Below, piece after piece: positions 9,600 to 20,942 of a DNA stretch of 64,000 nucleotides. Within the stretch, counting starts at the first letter, position 1. The number at the start of each line of letters is the position of its first letter. The stretch spans positions 1 to 64,000 of the forward strand of contig CAVPSB010000024.1 of assembly GCA_963708025.1 (NCBI GenBank), in the 5' to 3' direction. A program made the translations under genes and the position numbers. Under the pieces are notes generated by a model. The model searched no databases and was not told the origin of the DNA. It saw only the letters and a list, made by a program, of their open reading frames with translations. Source of the DNA: an uncultured Candidatus Rokubacteria bacterium (GTDB taxonomy: Bacteria; Methylomirabilota; Methylomirabilia; Rokubacteriales; DASRDR01).

Positions 9600-10646
9600 C
9601 TACACGCCGGCGCGCCGCAGCGCCAGCTCGATGTTCTGGGCCGCGGGCACGCGCGTCCCGGCTTCCACCTCGTGCACGACGTCGACCACGGCCGCCGAGA
9701 CCGGCGTGGGGAGCCCGAGCTTCCGCCCCTCGGCCACCACGTGGCCGTTCATGTGGTCGATCTCCGTGGCTCGGCCCTTGGCGACGTCCTGGGCCATCGA
9801 CGCGCGCCAGTTCCGGCCGACCGTGGAGGCCGGCGTCAGCATCCGGTCGAGCGCCTCGTAGATCTCGCGCCGGCCGGCGTCGGCCCACCGCTCGGTCGCC
9901 ACGCCCGCGAACGCCGGCACGCGCCAGCCGAGGGCCAGCCCCACCCGCGCTGACTCCGCGGCCAGGTGGATCATGACGGCGCGGCCCGCCTCGCTGAGAG
10001 CCATCTCCAGCGAGCCGAGCCCGGACAGGGCCTGGACCGGGTTGCTCATCGCGTTCTGGCTGAGCTTGGCCCAGCGCTCGCCCCAGAGGTTGTCCGTGGC
10101 CCGGGCCCCGTCGATGATGGAGAGCATCTTCGCCAGCTCCTCGACGCGCGGGGTGACCGCGCCGTCGTGCTCGCCGGCGCGGAAGACGTCGTGCCCGGTG
10201 CCCTCGCGCTTCTCGAAGCCGCGCTCCACCTGGCCGGGCGTCCAGAGAGCGACGCCGATCTTCGACATGACCAGCCCCACGGCCCGCGCGGGGCCGGCCA
10301 CGGCGGCCACCACCGGGTCGGGCCAGCAGTTCTGCGCCGACACGACGTAGCCGTGGGGCGCCAGGTGGCGCAGGGCGAGCTGGGTCACCCACGCCGTGTC
10401 GTAGGCCTTCATGGCCACGAAGGCGATCTCGAAGTCGCGCGGCAGCCGGGCGGCCTCGTGGAGATGGACCGCCGCCGGCCGCGCCTGGAACGGCTCGTGT
10501 GGCCCGGTGACGCCGATCCCGCGCTCGCGAATGGCCTCGACCTGGGCGGCCCAGGGGTCCACGAGCGTCACCTCGTGGCCGGCCCGCGCGAGGAACCCCC
10601 CGAGATAGCTGCCGATGGCGCCGGCGCCGACGAACAGGAGCTTCAT
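9600..10646 (-). CDS. Ketopantoate reductase family protein
   Basis: GAGAIG, MKAYDT, SAQN, RWAKL, SMAQDVAKGRATEIDHMNG. Confidence 0.85.
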   Translation of the reverse strand: MKLLFVGAGAIGSYLGGFLARAGHEVTLVDPWAAQVEAIRERGIGVTGPHEPFQARPAAVHLHEAARLPRDFEIAFVAMKAYDTAWVTQLALRHLAPHGYVVSAQNCWPDPVVAAVAGPARAVGLVMSKIGVALWTPGQVERGFEKREGTGHDVFRAGEHDGAVTPRVEELAKMLSIIDGARATDNLWGERWAKLSQNAMSNPVQALSGLGSLEMALSEAGRAVMIHLAAESARVGLALGWRVPAFAGVATERWADAGRREIYEALDRMLTPASTVGRNWRASMAQDVAKGRATEIDHMNGHVVAEGRKLGLPTPVSAAVVDVVHEVEAGTRVPAAQNIELALRRAGV

Positions 10647-10659
10647 GTGAATGCCGTCC

Positions 10660-11613
10660 TCATGGCTTGAGCACCCGGACCGGCGCGCCGCGCAGGAACG
10701 CCTCGACGTCCTCGAGCGCCTGGCCGAAGAAGATCCGGTAGGTCTCCTCGGTCACGTAGCCCAGGTGCGGGGTGATCACCGTGTTCGGGAGCCGGCGGAG
10801 CGGGTGGTCGGGGGGCAGCGGCTCCTCGTCGAAGACGTCGAGCCCGGCGCCGGCGATGGTCCCGTCGCGAAGCGCGCCGACGAGGGCGGCCTCGTCCACG
10901 ATGGGGCCCCGGGAGGTGTTGACGAGGTACGCGCTCGGCTTCATCAGGGCCAGCTCGCGGGCGCCGATCAGCCCGCGGGTCCGCTCGCTCAGGACGAGGT
11001 GGATCGTCACGAGGTCCGCCCGCCCCAGGAGCTCGTCCCGGCCGACCAGGGTGGCGCCCACCTCGGCCGCGCGCTGGGCGGTGAGGTTCTGGCTCCACGC
11101 GATCACGTCCATCTCGAACGCGCGGCCGATCCGCGCCACCCGCGACCCGAGATTGCCGAGGCCGAGCACCCCGAGGGTCTTGCCGTTGAGCCCGAGCCCG
11201 ACGCTCTGCTGCCAGTGACCGGCCCGGGTCGCCCGGTCCTCGGCGGGGACGCGCCGGAACAGCGACAGGATCAGCGCCCACGTCAGCTCGGCCGTCGGGT
11301 ACGGGAGTCCGCCCGTCCCGCAGACGAGGATGCCGCGCTCGGCCGCGGCGGCCAGGTCGATGGCGGCGTTGCGCATCCCCGAGGTGACCAGGAGGCGGAG
11401 CCGGGGCAGGCGCTCCAGCAGGGCGCGCGGGAACGGCGTCCGCTCCCGCATGGCCATGACGATGTCGAACTCCGCCAGCCGGGCGGCGACCGCCCCGGGG
11501 TCCGCGAGGTGGTCGGGAAAGACGACGACGTCGGTCCCCGCCGGGAGCCGGCCCCAGTCGGCCATGCGAAGCGCCACGCCCTGGTAGTCGTCCAGGATCG
11601 CGACCCGGGTCAT
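10660..11613 (-). CDS. D-2-hydroxyacid dehydrogenase family protein
   Basis: GLGNLG, LVNTSRG, GLDVFDEEP, TPHLGY. Confidence 0.9.
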   Translation of the reverse strand: MTRVAILDDYQGVALRMADWGRLPAGTDVVVFPDHLADPGAVAARLAEFDIVMAMRERTPFPRALLERLPRLRLLVTSGMRNAAIDLAAAAERGILVCGTGGLPYPTAELTWALILSLFRRVPAEDRATRAGHWQQSVGLGLNGKTLGVLGLGNLGSRVARIGRAFEMDVIAWSQNLTAQRAAEVGATLVGRDELLGRADLVTIHLVLSERTRGLIGARELALMKPSAYLVNTSRGPIVDEAALVGALRDGTIAGAGLDVFDEEPLPPDHPLRRLPNTVITPHLGYVTEETYRIFFGQALEDVEAFLRGAPVRVLKP

Positions 11614-11672
11614 GGGCAGAGTCTAGCATCCCCTCCGGCCGGCGGGCGCTCGGGGAGTGATATCCTGCGCCC

Positions 11673-12623
11673 GTGAGCGCGCTGCCGGCCGCCTTCCTGG
11701 GCGCCCTGATGCAGGTGCTGAGCCTCGTCCAGGCCGGAATCCTGGCCGCGCTCTTCGCGCTGGCCCTCCGCGCCCTCGTGCTGCTCGCCGTCGATCGACG
11801 GCGCCCCCTGGCGGTGACGCTGCTCCGGGGCTGCGCGGTCGCCCTCTTCCTGGCCGCCGGGCTGGTCTACGCCTCGCTCAGCGCCTCCATGGTCGTCTGG
11901 GACGGCGCCGCGGTGGCGGTCGCGATCCTCGTGGCGCTCCTGGTGCTCTCCGGCGTCGCCGTCCGTCGCGCGATGGGATGGGCCGAGCGGAGGCCGGGCG
12001 CCGCTGGGCTCCTGGCCCAGCTCGTCCTGCTCCTGGTGCTCCTGCTGCTGGCGTCCCTGACGCTGATGCGCGCCGGCTTCCTCGCCCTCACCGGCGATCG
12101 CCCCGTGCTCCTCGTGGAGGTCACCGGCGAGACGGGCACCCGGACCGTGCGCTGGGCGCCGCCGGACCAGCCGGCGCGCGAGGAGCGACTGCGGACCCAC
12201 CGGGTCGTCTTCCGGACGCCGGAGGGCATCCCGGTGGCCGAGGCCTGGCTCTACGGCGACCAGGTCGGGGTCAAGGGGCGGGTGCTTCGGCTGTCACCAG
12301 TCCTGAACGCGGCCGGCGTTCCGAATCTCTTCGAGCTCTCCTTCGCCCACAACGGCTACACGACCGCGGAGCGGCACGCCACCCAGCCCCACCAGGCGGT
12401 GCCGCTCCCTCCCGGAGGCCCGCTCGCCGTGCCTCCGTGGTGGCGCGGGGTGCAGTCGTGGCTCCTCCAGCGCTGGGAGACGGGAACCGCCGCGGATTCG
12501 TCGTGGGCGGTGCGGTCGGCGACGATCGAGTCCACGTACTTCCCGCTGATCGATTCCGGCGGGCAGCCGGTCCGGGGGACCTTCCGGCTGGTGCTGACCC
12601 CGGGCGGTCTGTCCTCGGGCTGA
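11673..12623 (+). CDS. Hypothetical membrane protein (about 4 TM helices plus a soluble domain)
   Basis: Long ORF with host-like codon usage and hydrophobic N-terminal segments. Confidence 0.65.
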   Translation: MSALPAAFLGALMQVLSLVQAGILAALFALALRALVLLAVDRRRPLAVTLLRGCAVALFLAAGLVYASLSASMVVWDGAAVAVAILVALLVLSGVAVRRAMGWAERRPGAAGLLAQLVLLLVLLLLASLTLMRAGFLALTGDRPVLLVEVTGETGTRTVRWAPPDQPAREERLRTHRVVFRTPEGIPVAEAWLYGDQVGVKGRVLRLSPVLNAAGVPNLFELSFAHNGYTTAERHATQPHQAVPLPPGGPLAVPPWWRGVQSWLLQRWETGTAADSSWAVRSATIESTYFPLIDSGGQPVRGTFRLVLTPGGLSSG

Positions 12624-12719
12624 CATCGGTACCTCCCCCCCCCCCCCCCCCAACCCCCCCTCCCCCACCCACCGGGGGAGGGGGGAGTTGGAGGCACCGA
12701 TTGCTTCACGCGTCCTCAG
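12624..12719. repeat. Family A C-rich/G-rich hairpin repeat
   Basis: acctccc...cccctcccccacccaccgggggagggggga...ttcacgcgtcctcag between convergent stop codons. Confidence 0.8.
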
Positions 12720-14097
12720 TTCCCCCACATCTTCTGCCACCACTTGCGCTCGTCCACCTTGGGCGCGCCCGGCCCCAGGTTCATCTTCTTGCGGATGTCG
12801 TCGATGCCCCAGCCGGTGAGCGCGGCGAGCGTCTGCGCCTCCTTCTCCCGCCGCTGCGAGAGCTGGTCGCGGTACTGCCGAGCCTCGACGCAGTCGTCGC
12901 TTCCCGTCCAGGGGTGCCGCAGGACGTACCGGCCCTGGAAGTTCGCGCGGTCGGCCGTCTCCTGGAAGACGAGGTCGTCCGGGAAGTGCTCGGCGTCGTA
13001 GCGGAGGTGGAGCCGGGTGACGAAGACCGCCTGGGCGGCCGGGCCCCCCCGCGGCGGAACGGGCATGCGCCCCGGCCCGGGGAGGACTCCCGATCCCGGC
13101 GCCGCCTCGTCCACCCAGAAGACGCCCAGCTCGCGCAGCTCCTCGGTCGACAGCGGGTCGGCGGCGCACGGGTCGCACCACGCCATGTCCCACGCGTACT
13201 CGAGGAACACCGCCCGCATGTCCTCCTTCTGCACCTGCTCGGCGAACATGGCCTTGTAGAAGCGCCCGAACTCCTCCTTCACGTAGACGCGGCAGGTCCA
13301 TGCCGGTGGGGAGCCTCACCGTCCGGTAGTTCGTCGTCTCGACGCGGCCCTTGCGGGTGAGCGCGAAGACGAACAGCTCCTGCGGGCCGTCGGCGTTCAC
13401 CGTGCCCAGCCGGATCGGCAGCATGAACTTGGGCGACTCGTAGGCCATCTGGAGCGGGCGCAGGTAGGTGAAGCCGAGCTTCGCCTGCTCCTTCAGGTTC
13501 ACCTTGGCGACGAAGAACTTCATGTTCTGCTTGATGTAGCTGCCGAGGACCGCGGTCGCCCCCGCCGGGATGCGGTAGCCGTTCTCGCGGAGCCAGGTCT
13601 CGAGCCCGCTGCTCTGCGTGGCGGACAGGATCAGGATGTCGTACTCGCCGACCGTGTACTGGGCCTCGATCGTGACCCCGAGGCTGTCGGCGCTCCGCGG
13701 GCCGGCTGGCGACGCAGCCTGGTCCGCGGCGCCCCGGGCCGCCGCCATTGGCAGCCGGCGCTCGCACGGGTTGTCGTCGAAGTACTCGACGAGCCGCGGC
13801 GCGGAGTAGGCGTCGAGGTGCTCGATCAGCGCGCGCTCGCCCACGCGGATCTGCCCCTTCTCGAGCACGGTCGGCACCGGGATGACGATCGCGAACTCCT
13901 TCGGGTCGCCCCGGAAGTCGTTGGCCATGGTGAGGACGGTGTGGTCCTCGTCGCGCACGAGCACGACCTGCGAGGCCTGGTTGAAGAGCTTGGTGTCGGC
14001 CTTGGCGACGTAGAAGCCGCAGAAGGCGAGGGCGGCCCGCCGCCGACAGCGCGGCGGCGACGAGGATGGCCCCGGCGACGAGGCGCTTCGGGTTCAT
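12716..14097 (-). CDS. DUF2330 domain-containing secreted protein; frameshifts near 14035 and 13290
   Basis: Signal peptide, AFCGFYVAKAD, YSAPRLVEYFD, FMLPIRLG, FVTRLHLRY, NFQGRY spread over three frames. Confidence 0.85.
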
Positions 14098-15039
14098 GGC
14101 GCGTGTCTCCTTTCCCCGGGCGGCCGGCGCCGCCACTCGTAGCGCGCGCCCGGCAGCAGCCGGTCGATCAGCGGGACCGCGAGCGAGCAGAGCGGCGAGC
14201 GACCACAGGAGCCCGTTGGTCCGGAACAGCCGGAACTGGACGCACCCACGCCCCGGCGGCCACCAGGACGGCGAAGAGGATGCGGCCGGCCCGCGAGTCG
14301 GGCGTCGTCCGCGGGTCCGAGATCATGAAGAACGTGAAGAGCAGGAGGGCGCCGTTCTGGAGCCGGTGGAGCGGGATCGCCAGCGGGTCGCCCGAGCCAC
14401 CAGCGACCGGCCGAGGACCAGGGCGGCGTAGAAGCCGAGGAAGGCGTAGGTCACGTCGCTGCGCGCGGCCCGGTTCACGACCAGCCCGCCCAGGCACAGG
14501 CGATCAGGAAGCCGAAGAAGGCGACGCTGCCCCACTGGCCCGGCGAGACCCAGACCTGCGCCGGTGAGCAGCATCATGGCCACGAGCGCGAAGTTCGTGG
14601 GGTTGAAGACGTGCTTGCCGCGGACGCGGATGACGAACTTGCTCCGCGATCGCCACGACCGCGGTCAGCGACCGCGAGCGAGGAGGACGTTCGTGCGCAG
14701 CAGCAGGCAGAGCGAGAGGCCCGAGATGAGCGCGCTCCGGGGATCGAAGCGGGGGACGGCGCCGAGTCGCGCGCCGGCGTACTGGGTGACCAGCACGGTC
14801 AGCAGCATCGCCGCCGCCTGGATCCCCTGGACCTCCAGGTCGAGCCGCATGACCCCGAAGACGAGGAGGCCGGCGAGCGAGGCGATCTGGTAGAGGCGCG
14901 GGTCCCGGACCTCGGCGGCCGCCGCGAGTCGGACGACGCGGCGCCAGGTCCCCGCCGAAGGCCGAGGGACCGCCGCCGTCCCCGCATGGGACCGGACCGG
15001 CTGGGTCGCGACGTCGGCGACGGGAGGCGGCGGCGTCAT
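14094..15039 (-). CDS. RnfD/NqrB-like membrane protein (stand-alone); multiple frameshifts
   Basis: DPRLYQIA, SALISGLSLCLLLRTN, KHVFNPTNF, FFMISDPRTTP; ATGA overlap with the DUF2330 gene. Confidence 0.75.
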
Positions 15040-15144
15040 GATCACCCCCTTAGACGGGGCGGGCCGGTGGAAGTTCCCGAGCTCTCGCTGGCCGATTCTC
15101 GCATACCGGCCCGGCCAGCCCGCGATACTCCGGCGACACCTGGG

Positions 15145-16533
15145 CTACGGGGCGAGGTCGCGGAGAAGTTCCGCCAGGCCGGGGGCAGCGGGCAGCGCTG
15201 CGACATCCCGGATGAGCGCCTCCACCCGCGCCCCGGGCAGGGCGAGTCCGGCGTTGCCCCGGAACTTCGCCTCCAGCTCCTCGCGGCTCAGCGGGGCGTC
15301 GGGGCCGCCCCGGGGCCGGTCCTGCCGCTCGCGGACGACCCGCCCGTCGGCCAGCGTGACCTCGACGTCGCCGACGAACTGGCGAGGATAGTCGATCGAC
15401 GCGTCCAGCTCGTAGCCGACCCGCCCGGCCACGCGCAGGACGTCCGGATCCCGCACCGCCGCATCGGTGAACTCGGCGAGCCCGGCCCGCCCCTTGACCA
15501 GGATCACGGCGACCAGGTAGGGCAGGCTGAACTTCGCGGCATAGCCGTTCGGGGGGGCGTGCTTGGCCGCCAGCGGCTCCCAGAGCCGCGGCACCGGTCC
15601 GGCGGCGGTGCGGCACCGGATGGCGGCGATCGCCTCGGGCGGGATCCCGTGCCGCTCGCGCAACCGGAGCGCCGCGTCCATGTACGGCTGGGCGATCGAC
15701 CCGCAGGGGTACGGCTTGAGCGTCAGCTCGCCGAGCTCCCAGGCGCGGCCGAGGCTCCCGAGCAGCCCCTCGAGCCGCGTCGCGTCGTGGCCGCCGGCGA
15801 ACGCCTGGTAGAGCCCGTGCGCGCCCTCGAAGACGGTCGCCGGCCCGGTGAAGCCCGACCGGGCCAGGAGCGTCGCGGTAACCCCCGCGTGGGCGGCCCA
15901 GCCCGCGTGGAGGCGCTTGGTCCACGAGCCGTCGGCGAGGTACTCGATGATCCCGCTCGCCTGGCTGCCGCAGATCCCGAAGGCGTGAGCGAGCCGGTCC
16001 TCGGCGAGCCCGTGGAGCTTCCCGGCCGCCGCCGCGGCGGCGAAGCTGCCGGCGATGGCGGTGGGGTGGAAGTGGCGCGCGTGGAGGGCGCCCGGAACCG
16101 CGAGGCCGACCCGGCACATCACCTCCACGCCAGCGATCAGCGCCGCGAGGACCGCCGGGCCCGTCGCGCCCACCGCCTCGCCCACCGCCAGCGCCGTGGT
16201 GACCGCGATGCACCCCGTGTGGACGATCGCGTCCTCGCGGGTGTCGTCGAAGTCGAGGCCGTGGGCGAGCGTCGCGTTGGCGAGGACGGCGTTCGCCGCC
16301 GCCACGCGCCCCCGGCGCCCGATCAGCGCGCTCTCGGGCGGGCCCCCCAGCCGCTCGGCGACGTCCAGGACGGCGATGCCGAAGTCCTCGCCGGACGCGG
16401 CCAGGGCGTTGCCGAGCGTGTCGAGCGCGAGCCCCTGCGCCTTCGCCACGATCGGGGCCGGCACGGCCGCCAGCTCGAGCCCGACGACAAAGCGCGCGAG
16501 CCGCCGCGCGACCGTCTCGCCCGCCTCACCCAT
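15145..16533 (-). CDS. MmgE/PrpD family protein
   Basis: NATLAHGLDFDD, KRLHAG, FEGAHG, LKPYPCG, AKFSLPY. Confidence 0.9.
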   Translation of the reverse strand: MGEAGETVARRLARFVVGLELAAVPAPIVAKAQGLALDTLGNALAASGEDFGIAVLDVAERLGGPPESALIGRRGRVAAANAVLANATLAHGLDFDDTREDAIVHTGCIAVTTALAVGEAVGATGPAVLAALIAGVEVMCRVGLAVPGALHARHFHPTAIAGSFAAAAAAGKLHGLAEDRLAHAFGICGSQASGIIEYLADGSWTKRLHAGWAAHAGVTATLLARSGFTGPATVFEGAHGLYQAFAGGHDATRLEGLLGSLGRAWELGELTLKPYPCGSIAQPYMDAALRLRERHGIPPEAIAAIRCRTAAGPVPRLWEPLAAKHAPPNGYAAKFSLPYLVAVILVKGRAGLAEFTDAAVRDPDVLRVAGRVGYELDASIDYPRQFVGDVEVTLADGRVVRERQDRPRGGPDAPLSREELEAKFRGNAGLALPGARVEALIRDVAALPAAPGLAELLRDLAP

Positions 16534-17349
16534 GCTGCACCACCTCGGCCGCGGCGCGCTCGCCACTCTCGATGGCGCCGTGGACCGTGCACGGCCGCAC
16601 GACGTGGGTCGCCTCCCCGGCGAAGAAGAGGACGCCGCCCACCGGCGCCGCCAGCGCGGCGCGCAGCCCGCGCCCACCGGGCGGGACGTACGAGTAGCCC
16701 GTCCGTGCCCACGGGTCGGTCCCCCACCCGACGAAGCGGCCCGCGCGGAGTCGTCCGCCGAGGTCGACCTCGAACACCGTCTCCAGCTCGCGGACCGCCT
16801 TCGCGACCGGATCCGGCGCCGCCTCGAAGCGCTCGGCGGCGCGCCCACCCATCAGCGCGCGGAGCACGGGCGCGGGCTCCGCGCGCCCCCATCCTGGCAG
16901 CTTCCAGCTCTGCCCATCGAGGTCGCTGAAGAGACCGCTCATCGCCTCCGGCCAGAAGGGCGCGTCGAAGACGAGGACCACCTTGTCGACTGCCCCCGCC
17001 CCGAGCCGCTCGACCGCCTCGCGCTTCCCCTCCGGGAGCGGCGGGGCGAATGGGCGTCGAACGCGTCCAGCCCGAATTCCCGCAGCCAGCGCCAGGTGAC
17101 GACGTGCTCGCCGTGGACGTACTCGGCGCCCAGCTCGACCGGGAACGGGGCCAGGTCGCGGGCCGTCCAGACGCGCCCCCCCACCCGGTCCCGCGCCTCC
17201 AGGACCGCGACCTCCCGCCCGGCGGCGACGAGACTCCGCGCCGCGGCGATCCCGGCCGCCCCCGCCCCGATGACGACGACGTCCGTCGCCCACTCTCTCG
17301 TCACGTCGGGCGGGCCTTCGCCGCCGCGATCGGGTTCGATCTCGCGCAC
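16526..17349 (-). pseudogene. Flavin monoamine oxidase family protein; frameshifted and apparently internally deleted
   Basis: GAGAAG...LEARDRVGGR...ELGAEYVHG joined near 17055 directly to PPLP...DKVVLVF...FAGEAT...TVHGAIESG; only ~270 codons. Confidence 0.7.
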
Positions 17350-17405
17350 ACTTGGTCAGGGTAGACTACCCAGAGGAAGCCGTGCAAGGAAAGCGCAGCG
17401 CGAGC

Positions 17406-17654
17406 ATGAAATCACCAAGGCGCAGGCGGACCCGACGGCACATGCGCATCGACGCCAGGAACCGGGTGACGATCCCGGTCGAGACGCTCAGGCGTGCCGG
17501 ATTGAAGCCGGGTGACGAGCTGCGAGTCGCGGCGGCGGGACGGGGCCGGATCGTGCTCGCCCGCGTGATCGGTCCGATGGCGCGTTTCGCAGGCCGGCTG
17601 ACGGGGGTCTACCCTCCTGGATATCTCGCCAGGCTTCGGAGCGAGTGGCGATAG
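17406..17654 (+). CDS. AbrB/MazE/SpoVT-family antitoxin-like protein
   Basis: RIDARNRVTIP...AGLKPGDELRV...GRIVL; C-terminal LRSEW typical of VapB-type antitoxins. Confidence 0.75.
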   Translation: MKSPRRRRTRRHMRIDARNRVTIPVETLRRAGLKPGDELRVAAAGRGRIVLARVIGPMARFAGRLTGVYPPGYLARLRSEWR

Positions 17655-17794
17655 CTTGACCGGTGCGGCGAGATCCGAACTGAGCGCGCAGCTCAGGTTC
17701 TCCACCCGTTACCGGGTGGCCAGCAGGGATCAAGGGCGGCCCGGCGACGCCTTGGCCCGGGTCTGGAAATCTACCAGGATGTCCTCGATCTGTT

Positions 17795-17865
17795 CCAGCG
17801 AACGCCGCCGCGGCTTCCCGCTCGGCGCGCGGTCGTACGACCAGGGCGCGTTCCGCACCGCTCAC
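17795..17865 (-). pseudogene. Truncated ParE/RelE-like toxin N-terminus
   Basis: GTGA-coupled to the antitoxin; LVVRPRAEREAAAAFA resembles ParE N-termini, then similarity stops. Confidence 0.5.
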
Positions 17866-18098
17866 TCCGTGGGCCTTCTCCTGCCCCCGAGGATCCGCGC
17901 CCGGGCCTCATCCCACGGAATCGCGGTCGATGGGTCCGCCTCGTGTTCCGCCAACCGGCGATCGAGCTCGGCGGCCAGCTCGGGCGTCAACGGCAACGCC
18001 TCATCGGGCGCCTCCTCGGCGATGCTCTCCCAGAGGTCCTCGACCAGCTGGAGCCGCTCAGCCACCGACAGGGACCTGAAGGCGAACACAGGGTTCAT
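17862..18098 (-). CDS. Putative addiction module component (TIGR02574-like antitoxin)
   Basis: LSVAERLQLVEDLWESI...ELDRRL...IPWDEARARI. Confidence 0.85.
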   Translation of the reverse strand: MNPVFAFRSLSVAERLQLVEDLWESIAEEAPDEALPLTPELAAELDRRLAEHEADPSTAIPWDEARARILGGRRRPTE

Positions 18099-18227
18099 CT
18101 CCACGCTCCTGATCCCAATTGTCGCTCTCCCGGTCCGTTGCCACGAGCACGGCGGGCTGTCAACGGTTATGGTAACGCACGGCGTCACGGCGCGCCGGTC
18201 TCAGCGTGGGACGACCCGAGGGGCCGG

Positions 18228-19612
18228 TCACGTCCGGGTGCGGAGGTGGAAGCTCTTCGGGCGGGTGAGGTGGCGGAAGCCGAGGTGGGAGAGGGAGCAG
18301 CCCTTGCCGCTGTCCTTCACGCCGACCCAGGGGAGCATCGGGTCCAGGTAGTCGCAGCGGTTGGCGTAGACGGTCCCGGCGTCGAGCTCGGCCATGAGGC
18401 GCGTGGCCCGGTCCATGTCCTGGGTCCACACCGAGGCGGTGAGCCCGTAGGGGCTGTCGTTCATGAGCCGGATCGCCTCGGCGTCGTCGGCGACCGGCAT
18501 GATCCCGATGACCGGTCCGAAGCTCTCCTCGTGCATGACCGCCATCGAATGATCGACGCCGATCAGCACCGTCGGCGCGTAGAAGAAGCCGCGGCTCCCC
18601 CACCGCTGGCCGCCCGTCAGCACGCGGGCGCCGGCGGCGCGCGCCTGGCCCACCTGCTCCTCGACCACCCGCCGCCCCCGCTCGTGGGCCAGCGGCCCCA
18701 GCGTCGTCGCCCGGTCCTCGGGGTCGCCCAGCCGGTACTCGCGGACCAGGGCCACCGCCGCCTCCACGAAGCGGTCGAAGAGGCCGCGGGCGACGTAGAC
18801 CCGCTCGATGGCGCAGCAGCTCTGGCCGGCGTTGTAGAAGGCACCGTCCACCACGTTGGCGACCGCGAAGTCGAAGTTCGCGTCGTCGGCGACGTAGGCC
18901 GGGTCCTTCCCGCCCAGCTCCAGGCCGGCGTCGATGAAGCGCCGGCTCACCTCCCCGTAGACCTCGCGCCCCCCGGCCACCGAGCCGGTGAACGAGACGT
19001 AGCCGACGTCGCCCGAGCCGATGAGCCGGGCGGTCGCCTGATGGTCCAGGCGGACGGCGGCGATCAGCCCCCGCGGCAGCCCGGTCCCGGCGAAGGCCTC
19101 GACGAAGTGGTCGGCGCAGAGCGGCGTCAGCCGCGCGTGCTTGACGAGGACGGCGTTGCCGGCCAGGAGCGCGGGGACGATGACGTTGACGGCGATGAGG
19201 AGCGGGTAGTTCCAGGCGGCGATGTCGAGCACGACCCCGAGGGGCTCGTGGCGGATGAAGCGGGCGAATCCGTCCTTCGGGGGGAGTGGCTCGTCGGCCA
19301 GGGCCGCCGGCGCCAGCCGGCCCATCGTCTCCGTCCGGTCGATCATCGTCTCGATCTCGCGGGCCGCCTCGGTGACCGGCTTCCCCATCTGCCGGCTGAT
19401 GTCGAGGGCGACCCGGTCGGCCATCGCGCGAAACGCCGGCACCATCCCGGCGACCGACGCGGACGCGCTCCTCGACCGGAGACCCGGCGCCACTCGCGCT
19501 GGGCGGCGCGGGCGGCCGTCACGATCGCCGCCAGCTCGCGGTCGGAGGTGTAGGGCACGTCGCGCAGCGGCTCGCCGGTGGCGGGGTTGACGAGAGTCCA
19601 GGACGTGCTCAT
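18228..19612 (-). CDS. Aldehyde dehydrogenase; frameshift near 19470
   Basis: [37 protein letters not shown]. Confidence 0.9.
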
Positions 19613-20927
19613 CGCGCCGAGCTTACCGTGGGTGGCGGGACGCCACAAGCGACACCGCGCAGGCGCCGGGCCAGCGACGCCCGCAGCCGGCGCGGCGCCA
19701 CGCGCCCGAGGGTCACCCGGTCGGCGCCGGCGAAGGTGGCCAGGGAGCCCAGCGCCTCCGCGAGCCCGGCCAGCGCCGCGTCCGGGTCGAGCGCGTCCCC
19801 GCCTCCCGGGGGCGGAGCCCCGCCCGCGAGCCAGCCTTCGACGTGCACGCCCCGGACCTCCAGCCGCCGCTCGGCGCGGTGGTTCTTGGCGTCGACACGG
19901 CCGACCAGGTGCCCGTCGTGGAGGAACGGGCAGCGTGTAGTAGCCGTGCACGCGCTCGGTCTGCGGCGTGTAGACCTCGATCCGGTAGTCGAAGCCGAAG
20001 AGCCGGGAGACCCGGTCACGATGCCAGAGGAGGGAGTCGAAGGGCGAGAGCAGCGTGGTGCCCGCGGGCGGCCGCCGGCCGCCGGCGGGCGCGGGCCAGC
20101 GCCGGCAGATCCCGGGTCAGCGCGAGCCAGCGGCCGGGAACCCCCTCGACCTCGATCTCCGTCACCTCGCCCCGCTCCCGCATCCGGGCGAGCGCGGCCC
20201 GGCGGACGCCCGGCGCGAAGCGCGGATAGGTGAGATACCGACTCAGGTCGGTCTCGGTCGCCGCGCCCATCGCGTGGAGCGAGCGCTCCAGGTGCCAGCG
20301 GCCGAACTCCTCGGGCGAGACCGGCGTGAGGCCGAGCACGTCGGGCATCGCCCGCTCGAGCAGGTCGTAGCGCTTCTGGAAGTTGCGCCGGGAGGCGATG
20401 GCGAGCGCCCCGGTCATCCAGAGGTAGTGAAGCGCGTGCTGGACGGGCTTCCAGTCCCACCACCCCCCGCGCCCCGCGCCGCGGCGCGGGCCTTCGAAGT
20501 CCCCGTTGCTCATCGGCCCGTTGGCCCGGATGGCGTCGGTCACCCGGCTCAGCACCCGGGCGTTCCGCTGGAGCCACCGGGACCAGCCCGTGTGGCGGAC
20601 GCGGTAGTCGAGCATGGCCCGCCGCCACCAGGGCAGCGTCGAGGCCGGCACGAGGCAGGCCGCGTGAGCCCAGTACTCGAACAGGAGCCGCCGCCGATAG
20701 GCGAGCCGGTCGAGCCGGGCGCGGTCGTAGGGGCCGAAGCGGCTCCACACCGTGAGGTAGTGGGCGCGATCGAGGACGTTGATGGAGTCCAGCTGGAGCC
20801 CGCCCACGTCCTCGACGAAGCGGACCAGCCGGCCGGGCGTCAGCCCGCGCGCCCGCGGCCGGGTGAGGTGCTGGCGTTCCAGGAACAGCGCGGTGACCGC
20901 GCGCAGCGGAAACACCGGTCGAGACAT
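19609..20927 (-). CDS. YcaQ-like (HTH_42) DNA interstrand-crosslink glycosylase; frameshifted
   Basis: LQLDSINV (QxD), [27 protein letters not shown]. Confidence 0.8.
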
Positions 20928-20942
20928 ACGGCGCGGATTCTA

